Shown: positions 1 to 9,597, counted from the first letter of the stretch. The stretch: DNA of 60,571 bases from Hungateiclostridiaceae bacterium UBA3934 (GCA_002385815.1 DGEE01000120.1:1-60571), one strand, 5' to 3'. The notes: generated by a model from the sequence alone, not told the origin. Numbers and translations are program-made.

Positions 1-19
1 AGATGTGTATAAGAGACAG
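1..19. other. Tn5/Nextera mosaic-end adapter (AGATGTGTATAAGAGACAG), library artefact
   Basis: Exact 19-nt match to the tagmentation mosaic end at the contig 5' terminus. Its reverse complement lies at the 3' terminus. Confidence 0.95.
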
Positions 20-20
20 G

Positions 21-155
21 ACATATACTTTTACAGGGAAGGGCTGGGGGCATGCCGTCGGCATGAGCCAGGAAGGTGCCATAGGAATGGCTAAGGCCGG
101 AATGACATATGAAGATATACTCATGCATTATTTCCAGGGGACAAAGGTCGAATAA
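21..155 (+). CDS. SpoIID/LytB-family protein, C-terminal fragment (5' end cut by contig edge)
   Basis: Hand translation gives TYTFTGKGWGHAVGMSQEGAIGMAKAGMTYEDILMHYFQGTKVE*. This matches the conserved GHGVGMSQ..GA..MA..G..Y..IL..Y..G C-terminus of SpoIID-type proteins. Stop TAA at 153-155. Confidence 0.7.
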   Translation, partial: TYTFTGKGWGHAVGMSQEGAIGMAKAGMTYEDILMHYFQGTKVE

Positions 156-341
156 TAAGCATCATGTATTGTAAAATGTTCTGCAATATAGTATGATTTC
201 CACGATGTTGGATAAATAAACTGCATTGTTTGCAGCTTATTTTTTGAGTAATTCCCATCATCGTATGTTTACCGGATATTTTTTGCTTTAAGTAAAAAGA
301 TAAGTATAAAATGCGGACAATGTGGACAGAACAGGAGAAAT

Positions 342-1367
342 ATGAAAACCAGTGATTTTTACTATGAACTGCCGCAAGAGCTCATAGCTCAGGAGCCCAT
401 CGCCGAAAGGAGCAGTTCCAGACTGCTGGTGCTCGACAGAAACACCGGGAGTGTCGAACATAGGATATTCAGAGATATAAAGGAATATCTGAGATGCGGT
501 GATTGCCTGGTCCTCAATGATACCAGGGTGATGCCTGCAAGGCTTCTCGGTGTGAAGGAAGGTACAGGGGGCAGCATTGAGTTCGTTTTAATGAAGAATA
601 TATCAGGCGACTTATGGGAGGTCATCCTCAGACCGGGGAAACGGGCAAAACCAGGTGCCAGATTCGTTTTCGGTGATGGTTTGCTCAGAGCGGAGATCAT
701 TGATGTGGTGGAGGGCGGCAACAGGATCGCGAGATTTGAATATGACGGTATCTTCCATGAAGTACTGGATAAGGTCGGTATAGTGCCTCTGCCGCCATAT
801 ATCACTAAAAAGCTTGATGATGCCGAAAGGTATCAGACTGTATACTCAAGATATATGGGATCGGCTGCTGCACCTACTGCCGGGCTGCATTTTACCAGGG
901 GACTGCTGGAGGATCTGAAAAACAGCGGCATATATATCGTATATCTGACATTGCACGTCGGTCTTGGCACTTTCAGGCCAGTAAAGACCGAGAATATTGA
1001 AGACCATGTGATGCACTCCGAAGTATACTATCTGAGCAAGGAGGCTGCATATACCATCAATAAGGCCAGGGCGGAAGGCGGCAGGATCATTGCTGTTGGA
1101 ACGACAAGCTGCCGCGTTCTCGAGACTGTGAGCTCTGATGAGGGCATAGTCAGTCCATTGTCCGGTTCCACAGATATATTCATTTATCCCGGATACAGAT
1201 TCAAGGCTGTCGATGCAATGATTACCAACTTCCACCTGCCCGAATCTACACTTTTGATGCTCGTAAGTGCATTTGCCGGCAGGGAACGCATTCTGTCTGC
1301 CTACAGTTCTGCTGTTGAGCAGCGCTACAGATTTTTCAGCTTCGGAGATGCCATGTTTATAAAATGA
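342..1367 (+). CDS. queA: S-adenosylmethionine:tRNA ribosyltransferase-isomerase QueA
   Basis: 341-aa ORF. N-terminus [19 protein letters not shown] and C-terminus [11 protein letters not shown] are QueA hallmarks. AGGAGA RBS upstream. Followed by tgt. Confidence 0.95.
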   Translation: MKTSDFYYELPQELIAQEPIAERSSSRLLVLDRNTGSVEHRIFRDIKEYLRCGDCLVLNDTRVMPARLLGVKEGTGGSIEFVLMKNISGDLWEVILRPGKRAKPGARFVFGDGLLRAEIIDVVEGGNRIARFEYDGIFHEVLDKVGIVPLPPYITKKLDDAERYQTVYSRYMGSAAAPTAGLHFTRGLLEDLKNSGIYIVYLTLHVGLGTFRPVKTENIEDHVMHSEVYYLSKEAAYTINKARAEGGRIIAVGTTSCRVLETVSSDEGIVSPLSGSTDIFIYPGYRFKAVDAMITNFHLPESTLLMLVSAFAGRERILSAYSSAVEQRYRFFSFGDAMFIK

Positions 1368-2519
<1,152 letters not shown>

Positions 2520-2578
2520 AACCTGTTATTTTGGTCGCACTCAGACCTATAATAAATAAGAACCAAAGGAGGAATATT

Positions 2579-2869
2579 ATGGACGGTCAAGGCATAAGCA
2601 TGTGGCTTCCAACGTTGGGCTACCTGGTATTTTTTATCCTGATGATGTATTTGCTTATATTCCTGCCCCAAAAGAGAAGGGACAAGAAAGCCAAAGCAAT
2701 GCTCGATTCGATGCAGGTAGGCAACGAAGTGATAACTATCGGCGGTGTATCTGGAAAAATCGTCAACATAAAGGACGATGAGGTAACGATAGAAACCGGA
2801 GTAGAGAAAGCCAAGATCAATTTCAAAAAATGGGCTATTAAAGAAGTGATAAAGCCTATCGAAAACTGA
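2579..2869 (+). CDS. yajC: preprotein translocase subunit YajC
   Basis: Start moved to ATG 2579 behind AAAGGAGG (2566-2573). One TM helix, then the conserved GGVSGKIVNIKDDEVTIE segment. Position after tgt. Confidence 0.9.
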   Translation: MDGQGISMWLPTLGYLVFFILMMYLLIFLPQKRRDKKAKAMLDSMQVGNEVITIGGVSGKIVNIKDDEVTIETGVEKAKINFKKWAIKEVIKPIEN

Positions 2870-2957
2870 TCCGGGCTTTAAACCGGAGGTTATCAGAGGG
2901 AGTTGCCCAGTCCGGAGAGACGGGCTGGAAAATTCTCATCATAATTTAATGCAACTT

Positions 2958-2986
2958 ATCCCGTTGAAGCACAAGCGGGATTTTTT
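2958..2986 (+). terminator. intrinsic terminator after yajC
   Basis: ATCCCGTT / AAGCGGGAT stem (8 bp including one G-U) followed by TTTTTT. Confidence 0.7.
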
Positions 2987-3109
2987 GCTGCCAGGAGCGG
3001 GTTCTGATACCGGAAGCTGATTTGGAGCAGGTTAAGACATACACCGGTTCTATATATTTGTTTCAGGTAATAATATATAGTAAAAAACCATATGCCTGGG
3101 AGTGATATA

Positions 3110-3544
3110 ATGCCGGCAATTAAAAGAAGCACAAAACATGAGGAATATGACAGGCTTAACCTGATATTGATTTTGAAAGGGCTCCTAGCATCCTATATAG
3201 TAACCATACCTGCGTTCATGGTTTTTGCGCTGATCCTTGCAAATGTCGATTTTCCGCAGAGACTTGTCACACCAGTGGTGGTGATAATAACTGTTGTCAG
3301 TGTCCTCACGGCAGGAGCAGTATCCACCAGAGGTGTCCGGAGCAAAGGATGGCTCAACGGGAGTATTGTGGGTCTGACGTATATGATCATCCTTTATTTA
3401 TTCAGCAGTGTCGTTTATGGGAATTTTGCAGTAGACAGGAATGTTCTGACAATGACGGTAATTGGAGTGCTTTCCGGAGCTATCGGCGGCATAATGAGCA
3501 TAAACTCCCCGAAAGTGCAGAAATACAAATATATCGACAGTTGA
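3110..3544 (+). CDS. small multi-pass membrane protein (YrzE / TIGR04086-like by position and topology)
   Basis: ORF with about 4 hydrophobic helices. Likely start ATG 3110 behind GGGAG. Same position (after yajC) as Bacillus yrzE. Family assignment is from memory, not a search. Confidence 0.65.
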   Translation: MPAIKRSTKHEEYDRLNLILILKGLLASYIVTIPAFMVFALILANVDFPQRLVTPVVVIITVVSVLTAGAVSTRGVRSKGWLNGSIVGLTYMIILYLFSSVVYGNFAVDRNVLTMTVIGVLSGAIGGIMSINSPKVQKYKYIDS

Positions 3545-3566
3545 CCTTTTCATCTTTTGGTGAATA

Positions 3567-3575
3567 TGCTATAAT
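3567..3575 (+). promoter_or_regulatory. extended -10 element (TGCTATAAT) upstream of the SCIFF precursor
   Basis: TGnTATAAT read directly, about 55 nt upstream of ATG 3629. No good -35 at 17 nt. Confidence 0.35.
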
Positions 3576-3628
3576 ATTTTGGCAAACCATGAGTGTTGCA
3601 AATTACTAACAGATCAGGAGGATTACAT

Positions 3629-3769
3629 ATGAAACATATAAAGACCATCAATGCACCAATATCGAAGAAGGATATCAAAAACTCCGGATGCGGCGAATGC
3701 CAGACATCCTGCCAGTCGGCATGCAAGACCAGCTGTACTGTGGCAAACCAGAAATGTGAGAAGAGATGA
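3629..3769 (+). CDS. scfA: six-cysteine ranthipeptide precursor SCIFF (46 aa)
   Basis: Not in the ORF track (under 60 aa). Hand translation: MKHIKTINAPISKKDIKNSGCGECQTSCQSACKTSCTVANQKCEKR. AGGAGG at 3616-3621, 7 nt before the ATG. Six Cys in the C-terminal 26 residues. Directly upstream of a SPASM radical-SAM gene. Confidence 0.9.
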   Translation: MKHIKTINAPISKKDIKNSGCGECQTSCQSACKTSCTVANQKCEKR

Positions 3770-3786
3770 CCTGCTGAAGAGCTTTG

Positions 3787-3815
3787 ACAGCGGGGGGCTG
3801 TACGCCTCTCGCTGT
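3787..3815 (+). promoter_or_regulatory. stem-loop between scfA and scfB (possible processing or attenuation hairpin)
   Basis: ACAGCG (3787-3792) pairs with CGCTGT (3810-3815), extendable by G-C/G-U pairs, followed by TATTAT. Only a weak U-tract. Confidence 0.4.
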
Positions 3816-3880
3816 TATTATGTCCGGATGTGCCCGCTCAAGGCTTTAATGAAGGACATCAGCGGAATGGAGAGACAAAA

Positions 3881-5248
3881 ATGATACACAAATTTACGAT
3901 GCATGGAACCAATATCGTGTTGGATGTCAACAGTGGCACAGTACATGTCGTCGATGATATGACATTTGAAATTATTGATGAACTGGGAAAACCAGATGAA
4001 GAGATCATAGAGAAGCTGTCCGCCAGATACAGCAGTGAAGAAATAAGAGAAGCTCTGATAGAATTGAGAGGTTTGCAGGCTGCAGGACAGCTTATGTCCG
4101 AGGATATATATGAAGAATATCTGGCGAAAAACCCTCTGTACAATGAAGGACAGCCGATCGTCAAAGCTTTGTGCCTCCATATCGCACATGACTGCAATCT
4201 GAGGTGCAGGTATTGCTTCGCTTCTACAGGTGATTTCGGCACCAGGAGGACTCTGATGCCGCTATCGGTGGCAAAGAAAGCAATAGATTTCCTGATAGAG
4301 AGATCGGGAACCCGCCGCAACCTTGAAGTGGATTTCTTTGGCGGTGAACCGCTGCTCAATTTCGATACTGTAAAGCAAACAGTGCTCTATGCACTTGAAA
4401 GAGAGAAGGAAACAGGGAAGAACTTCAGGTTCACGCTCACTACAAATGCAGTGCTGCTGAATGAAGATCACAAACGATTCATAAATGAATACATGGGGAA
4501 TGTGGTGCTGAGCCTTGACGGAAGGCCGGAGGTGAATGACAGGATGCGTTGCCGGGCAGACGGCAGAGGCACTTACAGCGATATATTGCCTAAAATAAAA
4601 GATATGGCTGATTCAAGAGATCAGGACAACTATTATGTAAGAGGCACATTTACCCGTGAAAACCTTGATTTCTCAAAGGATGTACTGCACCTGGCGGACC
4701 TTGGGTTCAAACAAGTGTCAGTGGAGCCTGTGGTCGCTGCCAGGGAAACCGGATTCGATCTGAGGCATGAGGACCTGCCGGTGCTGTTCAGGGAATACGA
4801 AGAACTGGCACTGGAATATGTCAAGCGGTACAGTGAGTCCAGAGGTTTTAATTTTTTCCACTTCATGATCGATCTGGAACAGGGGCCGTGTGTAATAAAG
4901 CGAATGAAAGGGTGTGGCGCGGGACATGAATATCTGGCGGTGACGCCTGAGGGAGACCTGTATCCCTGCCATCAGTTCGTAGGAATGGACCAGTTTAAAA
5001 TGGGTAATGTCAATAAAGGCTTTGAAACAGATGTTGCGATCTGCGATATGTTCAGAAGAGAAAATATATATACAAAAGCAGAGTGCAGGAAATGCTGGGC
5101 CAGATTTTTCTGCAGCGGAGGCTGCGCGGCAAATGCATGGCAGTTCAACAACAGTCTGGACAAGCCTTATGATATAGGATGCAATCTCGAAAGAAAAAGA
5201 GTGGAGTGTGCACTGTGGATCAAGGCAGTCGAATCAGATCCGGAATAA
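3881..5248 (+). CDS. scfB: SCIFF radical SAM / SPASM maturase (thioether cross-link forming)
   Basis: Start moved to ATG 3881 (GGAGAG RBS). Radical-SAM CNLRCRYC motif. C-terminal Cys-rich SPASM region (GCGAGHEY, YPCHQF, CRKCWARFFCSGGC). Adjacent to scfA. Confidence 0.9.
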   Translation: MIHKFTMHGTNIVLDVNSGTVHVVDDMTFEIIDELGKPDEEIIEKLSARYSSEEIREALIELRGLQAAGQLMSEDIYEEYLAKNPLYNEGQPIVKALCLHIAHDCNLRCRYCFASTGDFGTRRTLMPLSVAKKAIDFLIERSGTRRNLEVDFFGGEPLLNFDTVKQTVLYALEREKETGKNFRFTLTTNAVLLNEDHKRFINEYMGNVVLSLDGRPEVNDRMRCRADGRGTYSDILPKIKDMADSRDQDNYYVRGTFTRENLDFSKDVLHLADLGFKQVSVEPVVAARETGFDLRHEDLPVLFREYEELALEYVKRYSESRGFNFFHFMIDLEQGPCVIKRMKGCGAGHEYLAVTPEGDLYPCHQFVGMDQFKMGNVNKGFETDVAICDMFRRENIYTKAECRKCWARFFCSGGCAANAWQFNNSLDKPYDIGCNLERKRVECALWIKAVESDPE

Positions 5249-5292
5249 CAGTATCACAGTGCGGAAAACCCGGAAGGGAAAGAGGTGTCAAA

Positions 5293-5952
5293 TTGATTAC
5301 CATCGAAGATATCAGAAAAAACAGGGAAATCAGAACGCTGCTGACTATCACGGGGGCTCAGATGCGGGCACTGGGCTATACAGAGCACTCTTTCAGGCAT
5401 GTTGGTCTTGTGGCTGACACTGCCGGGAATATACTGGAGCAACTGGGCTTTCCGGAAAGAGAGGTGGAGCTGGCCAGGATCGCCGGGTATCTTCACGATA
5501 TAGGGAATGCAGTCAACAGGAGCGGCCATGCTCATATAGGTGCTGTATTGGCCTATCAGATACTGACAGGCATGGGCATGGATTACGATGAAGCTGCCCA
5601 GATAATGATGGCGATAGGGAACCATGATGAGCAGACAGGAACACCTGTAAGCAGTATTGCGGCAGCTCTTATACTGGCCGACAAGTCGGATGTGCACAGG
5701 AGCAGGGTGACGAATACAGATCTGGCCACATTTGACATACATGACAGGGTCAATTACGCAGTTGAAAAGTCTGAAATCTCAGTGGACAGCGAAAAGAAGA
5801 CCTGTGACCTGATACTGGACATAGATACGAAAATTTGTCCTGTGATGGATTACTTTGAAATTTTCCTTGTGCGAATGACAATGAACAGACGTGCTGCAGC
5901 CTTTTTAGGTCTGCAGTTCCAGTTGTTCATAAATGATACCAAGCTGATCTGA
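5293..5952 (+). CDS. HD-domain phosphohydrolase family protein
   Basis: GYLHDIGN and NHDE motifs. Probable TTG start 5293 behind AGAGG (5281-5285). The 5179 start in the track would overlap scfB by 70 nt. Confidence 0.8.
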   Translation: MITIEDIRKNREIRTLLTITGAQMRALGYTEHSFRHVGLVADTAGNILEQLGFPEREVELARIAGYLHDIGNAVNRSGHAHIGAVLAYQILTGMGMDYDEAAQIMMAIGNHDEQTGTPVSSIAAALILADKSDVHRSRVTNTDLATFDIHDRVNYAVEKSEISVDSEKKTCDLILDIDTKICPVMDYFEIFLVRMTMNRRAAAFLGLQFQLFINDTKLI

Positions 5953-5987
5953 CAACTTATACGCTCTTCTTCATAAGAGCAATTATA

Positions 5988-6016
5988 TTGACTCACTGAA
6001 ACGATAGTAATATAAT
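5988..6016 (+). promoter_or_regulatory. sigma-A type promoter for secDF (TTGACT-17-TATAAT)
   Basis: TTGACT at 5988-5993, 17-nt spacer, TATAAT at 6011-6016, about 38 nt upstream of the secD ATG. Confidence 0.6.
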
Positions 6017-6053
6017 TACCACATGTGGTTAAGCAAAGGAGGATTTTATACAG

Positions 6054-7370
6054 ATGAAAGGGAACAACGGGCTGAAGCTGTTCCTCGTTTTTGCCCTGAT
6101 TGCCGTGATGACATATATTTGCTTCGCCGGCAGTCTTTTTGGCCTTGTAAAGATACCCGGTGTAAATGATATAGTCCCGGGTATTGATATCAACGGGGGA
6201 ATAGATGCGATGCTGTATGCAGTCACTGAAGAGGGAGTAAAGCCCACTCAGGAGGATCTTGATACTGCAAAGGTTATAATCGGGAAGAGACTTGATAAGG
6301 CTGGTATCCTTGACAGATACCTCACCACCGACGTGAATGCGGGCAGAGTCATCGTTCAGATACCGTGGGCTCCGGGAGAAACAGATTTCAATCCGGACAA
6401 GACTCTGGACATGATAGGTGAAACGGCTCTGCTGACATTCCAGGAGGTCGATGAAGACAAATTGGATGATAACGGGAATCCCTTGCCTACTAACCGGAAA
6501 GTCCTCGAAGGTACTGATGTTGTCAATGCCTATCCGGCTCAGAACCCGATGACAAAAGGCATGGAGGTGGTCCTGGAGCTCAATGACAGGGGCAGGGAAG
6601 CGTTTGCCGAGGCCACGGGAAGGCTGATAGGTCAGCGCATAGCCATTTTCATGGATGATCAGTTCATCTCCGCTCCGGTCGTACAATCGCATATCACGGA
6701 AGGAAATGCCGTTATCACTCTCGGCAACAGAGACCATGACGAGGCAGTCAAAGAAGCCAAGGAACTGGCTGACACCATAAGAGCCGGTGCACTGCCGTTC
6801 AAGCTGGAGGCGAAGCAAGTCAACGCCATTAGCCCGCTGCTGGGAAGAGGTGCTCTTGATGTTACGATAAGGGCTTTCATTGTGGCATTCCTGCTCATAT
6901 GTATGTTCATGATATTGTATTACAGATTGCCGGGGCTGATTGCGTCCATTGCACTTTTTATGCTGACGATCATGACGCTCAATTTTGTATCCTGGCTGGG
7001 TATCACACTCACACTTCCAGGACTTGCAGGTATTGTCCTGTCAGTGGGCATGGGAGTCGATGCCAATGTCATAATAACCGAAAGGATAAAGGAAGAACTC
7101 CGTTCCGGAAAGACCATCAAGACTGCCATCGACCTCGGATTTAAGAGAGCTTTCTCTGCAATAGTAGACGGGAATGTAACCACACTGATAGTAGCAGTGA
7201 TACTTTATTTCTTTGGAACAGGCGCCATGATTTCATTCGCATACACATTGTCCATTGGTGTCATTGTAAGCTTCTTTACCGCTTTGACGCTTACCAGGAC
7301 GATCCTGAACTCTGTTTCTGATATCGATATAGCCAGAAAAACATGGCTGTATGGCGTCAAGGAGGTGTAG
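6054..7370 (+). CDS. secD: protein translocase subunit SecD
   Basis: 438 aa. N-terminal TM, periplasmic-type domain, six C-terminal TM helices, and the conserved GVDANVIITERIKEE motif. Followed by secF. Confidence 0.93.
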   Translation: MKGNNGLKLFLVFALIAVMTYICFAGSLFGLVKIPGVNDIVPGIDINGGIDAMLYAVTEEGVKPTQEDLDTAKVIIGKRLDKAGILDRYLTTDVNAGRVIVQIPWAPGETDFNPDKTLDMIGETALLTFQEVDEDKLDDNGNPLPTNRKVLEGTDVVNAYPAQNPMTKGMEVVLELNDRGREAFAEATGRLIGQRIAIFMDDQFISAPVVQSHITEGNAVITLGNRDHDEAVKEAKELADTIRAGALPFKLEAKQVNAISPLLGRGALDVTIRAFIVAFLLICMFMILYYRLPGLIASIALFMLTIMTLNFVSWLGITLTLPGLAGIVLSVGMGVDANVIITERIKEELRSGKTIKTAIDLGFKRAFSAIVDGNVTTLIVAVILYFFGTGAMISFAYTLSIGVIVSFFTALTLTRTILNSVSDIDIARKTWLYGVKEV

Positions 7371-7372
7371 TC

Positions 7373-8329
7373 ATGGTTGATTTGATGGGAAAGAAAAACT
7401 ATTACTTTGCATTGTCCATACTCATTTTCATCGTCTGTATAATCGGAGTATTGGTCAATGGTGTGCAGTTGGACATACAATTCCAGGGCGGGACTATCAT
7501 GCAGATAGAGATGCCAGATGACACATTCGACACTGAACTGGCTGCAGATATCGTCAAGGCTTCCATAGGCAAAACGGCTACTGTAAACAAATCATCGACA
7601 TTCAATGCCGAAAATGAATCTGACAGGATACATCTCATGGTATTGAACATCGCCAGCAATGAAACGCTGACAGATGATGAACGCAATATTGTGATAAATG
7701 CACTGAGGAATGAATTCAATATACCGCAGGATTCCAGCATCAATGTAAACAGTGTTGAGCCGTTCATTGGTGAAGAATTCAGGATGAATGCCTTAAGGGC
7801 AATAGCGGTTTCATCTGTATTGATAATCCTGTATGTATGGTGGAGATTCAGGGCTTTGCGCGGACTGTCGGCCGGTGTTTTCGCAGTAGTCACGCTGATA
7901 CATGATATAATTGTGATGTTTGCTGCATATGTGCTTCTGAAGATACCAGTGAACGACTCATTTGTTGCTGCCATGCTGACGATCATAGGGTATTCTATCA
8001 ATGATACCATAGTCATATATGACAGGATAAGGGAAAACAAGAAGCTGATGCGTAAGGCTACGGTAAGGGAATTGGTCAATAAAAGCGTTTACCAGTCACT
8101 GTCCAGGTCTGTCAATACTTCGCTTACCACATTGATAGCTGTACTGACGCTGCTTGTATACGCTATCATCTTTAATATACAGTCCATAAGGGAGTTCACG
8201 CTTCCACTGGTGGTGGGTATCATTAGCGGCGTATATTCATCGCTGTTCATCGCAAGTTCACTGTATATGGTGTGGCAGGAAAGGAAGCCGAACCGTAGAG
8301 CAGCCTCACGAAAGCAAGCAAAGACATAA
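7373..8329 (+). CDS. secF: protein translocase subunit SecF
   Basis: ATG 7373 behind GGAGG, 2 nt after the secD stop. LDIQFQGGT and NDTIVIYDRIREN motifs. Confidence 0.93.
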   Translation: MVDLMGKKNYYFALSILIFIVCIIGVLVNGVQLDIQFQGGTIMQIEMPDDTFDTELAADIVKASIGKTATVNKSSTFNAENESDRIHLMVLNIASNETLTDDERNIVINALRNEFNIPQDSSINVNSVEPFIGEEFRMNALRAIAVSSVLIILYVWWRFRALRGLSAGVFAVVTLIHDIIVMFAAYVLLKIPVNDSFVAAMLTIIGYSINDTIVIYDRIRENKKLMRKATVRELVNKSVYQSLSRSVNTSLTTLIAVLTLLVYAIIFNIQSIREFTLPLVVGIISGVYSSLFIASSLYMVWQERKPNRRAASRKQAKT

Positions 8330-8407
8330 CGATTGCAGATGCTAATGCTAATGCTAATGCAAATGCATACAGATACCGAACCATGATCGGGTGAAGAAAT
8401 AAAACAA

Positions 8408-8445
8408 CTGCAGATAAACCGGTACTGATGTGCCGGTTTTTGCAG
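8408..8445 (+). terminator. intrinsic terminator after secF
   Basis: CTGCAGATAAACCGG / CCGGTTTTTGCAG long imperfect stem containing a T-run. Confidence 0.7.
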
Positions 8446-8581
8446 TGGAAAATCATGACGATATGTGCTAGTATATTTTTGGTATACTATACATGTAAAG
8501 ACAATGATCCGTTTCGACTATCCGGGACGACAGGGCGAGCCACGGTGAACAAGTAAATTTACGTAACAAAGGAGTATCACT

Positions 8582-9130
8582 ATGGACGTAATGGAAGCCA
8601 TTTTTACACGCAGGAGTATCAGAAAATACAAACGCGGACAGATAACGAAAGAACAACTGATGACGATAATAAAGGCAGGCTGCTATGCTCCCTCAGCCCA
8701 CAACCGTCAGCCATGGCATTTCGTGGTGATAAGGGACAGGGAAAGACTAAAGGCGATCGCGGGTTTCCATTCATATGCCAGGATGCTTCCCGATGCCGAT
8801 ACTTGCATAGTGGTATGCGGTGATAAGGAAAGGCAGCCGCAAACCGGGTTTCTGATAGAAGATTGCTCCGCAGCTATCCAGAATATGCTGCTTGCAATAC
8901 ATGCAATGGGTCTTGGCGCTGTCTGGTGCGGCCTTTATCCGGTGGTCCATCTGACCAGAGGAATGAAGCAGTTGCTTTCATTACCTGACAGAATAATACC
9001 TGTCGGCCTTATCTCGATAGGGTACAAGGGTGAGGAAAGAACTGTTGCAGACAGATTCGATGAGAACAAAATACATTACGAAGAGTGGGGAAGCAAAAAA
9101 GCAATGGAGTCGGGCACTTTTCAGGCCTGA
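8582..9130 (+). CDS. nitroreductase family protein
   Basis: 182 aa. RRSIRKYK and APSAHNRQPW motifs typical of the NADH/flavin nitroreductase fold. AAAGGAG RBS. Confidence 0.85.
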   Translation: MDVMEAIFTRRSIRKYKRGQITKEQLMTIIKAGCYAPSAHNRQPWHFVVIRDRERLKAIAGFHSYARMLPDADTCIVVCGDKERQPQTGFLIEDCSAAIQNMLLAIHAMGLGAVWCGLYPVVHLTRGMKQLLSLPDRIIPVGLISIGYKGEERTVADRFDENKIHYEEWGSKKAMESGTFQA

Positions 9131-9140
9131 CATCCTGTGT

Positions 9141-9419
9141 TTATCTTCTGAAAACATAGTCCATTATGACGCCGCCAATAACTGCTTCAGCAGCAAGTAT
9201 GAAGCTCACTTTGACTGTTTCTTTCGAAACCATGTCGAAATATTGGTCATATGTCAACACCGTATTACTGAGGATTACCAATACGGTGCCTATAACGTAG
9301 AGAGACAGAGAGATGTAAACTCCAAATCTGATAAGGGTTCTGGGGAGCTTGTGCATCTTACTGAAGGAGGTAATGATTTTTTCTATGTTCTTAGTACGTT
9401 TGGACTGTTTTGACTGCAT
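9141..9419 (-). CDS. hypothetical small membrane protein (two TM helices)
   Basis: ORF with two hydrophobic segments. Likely start at the second ATG (9419) behind AAAGGGG. No family recognised. Confidence 0.5.
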   Translation of the reverse strand: MQSKQSKRTKNIEKIITSFSKMHKLPRTLIRFGVYISLSLYVIGTVLVILSNTVLTYDQYFDMVSKETVKVSFILAAEAVIGGVIMDYVFRR

Positions 9420-9597
9420 ATCCCGCACCCCTTTCATAAAATATCAATACAGGCTGTTCACTACAGCATGTTAACATAATGTTGCATATGCTTCAAGCGG
9501 CATTCTTTTCCACTATCTATACTATACAAGGTAAATGTGGTAAATATAATCAAATAACAAAAATCCTGTTAATTCGGCAATGAGCAGGGAGATACGT

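Noticed and set aside
3651-3884. 77-aa plus-strand ORF overlapping the SCIFF region.
   Set aside because: It is in a different frame from the 46-aa six-Cys peptide, has no RBS, and gives an Arg-rich nonsense product. The SCIFF frame has a perfect RBS and family-typical sequence.
5179-5292. N-terminal extension of the HD protein (track start 5179) overlapping scfB by 70 nt.
   Set aside because: The extension has no RBS and lies within the conserved C-terminus of scfB. An AGAGG-TTG start at 5293 gives a normal-length HD protein.
5850-6818. 322-aa minus-strand ORF, the longest of many long antisense ORFs in the track. Others include 18481-19392 (+), 24862-25668 (-), 26674-27447 (-), 36433-37254 (-), 38883-39593 (-), 48533-49306 (-), 22225-22932 (-) and 7402-8079 (-).
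   Set aside because: Each lies fully inside and antisense to a gene with unmistakable conserved motifs (secD, MCP, rny, ymdB, carB, mutL, ftsK, secF). Their products are low-complexity Ser/Leu/Ile-rich strings without RBS support. Such shadow ORFs are expected when the sense codons TTA, CTA and TCA are rare, because these are the reverse complements of stop codons.
8339-8368. Hexamer tandem repeat (ATGCTA x3, then ATGCAA, ATGCAT) just after secF. Considered as a microsatellite, a mini-CRISPR, or a 15-aa MLMLMLMQMHTDTEP ORF.
   Set aside because: It is only 30 nt, with no spacers and no RBS. Most likely it is trivial slippage sequence in a 3' UTR.
9030-9413. 127-aa plus-strand ORF overlapping the end of the nitroreductase gene and the small minus-strand membrane protein.
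   Set aside because: It starts inside the nitroreductase coding region, has no RBS, and its product has no recognisable features. The minus-strand ORF has an RBS and two clean TM helices.
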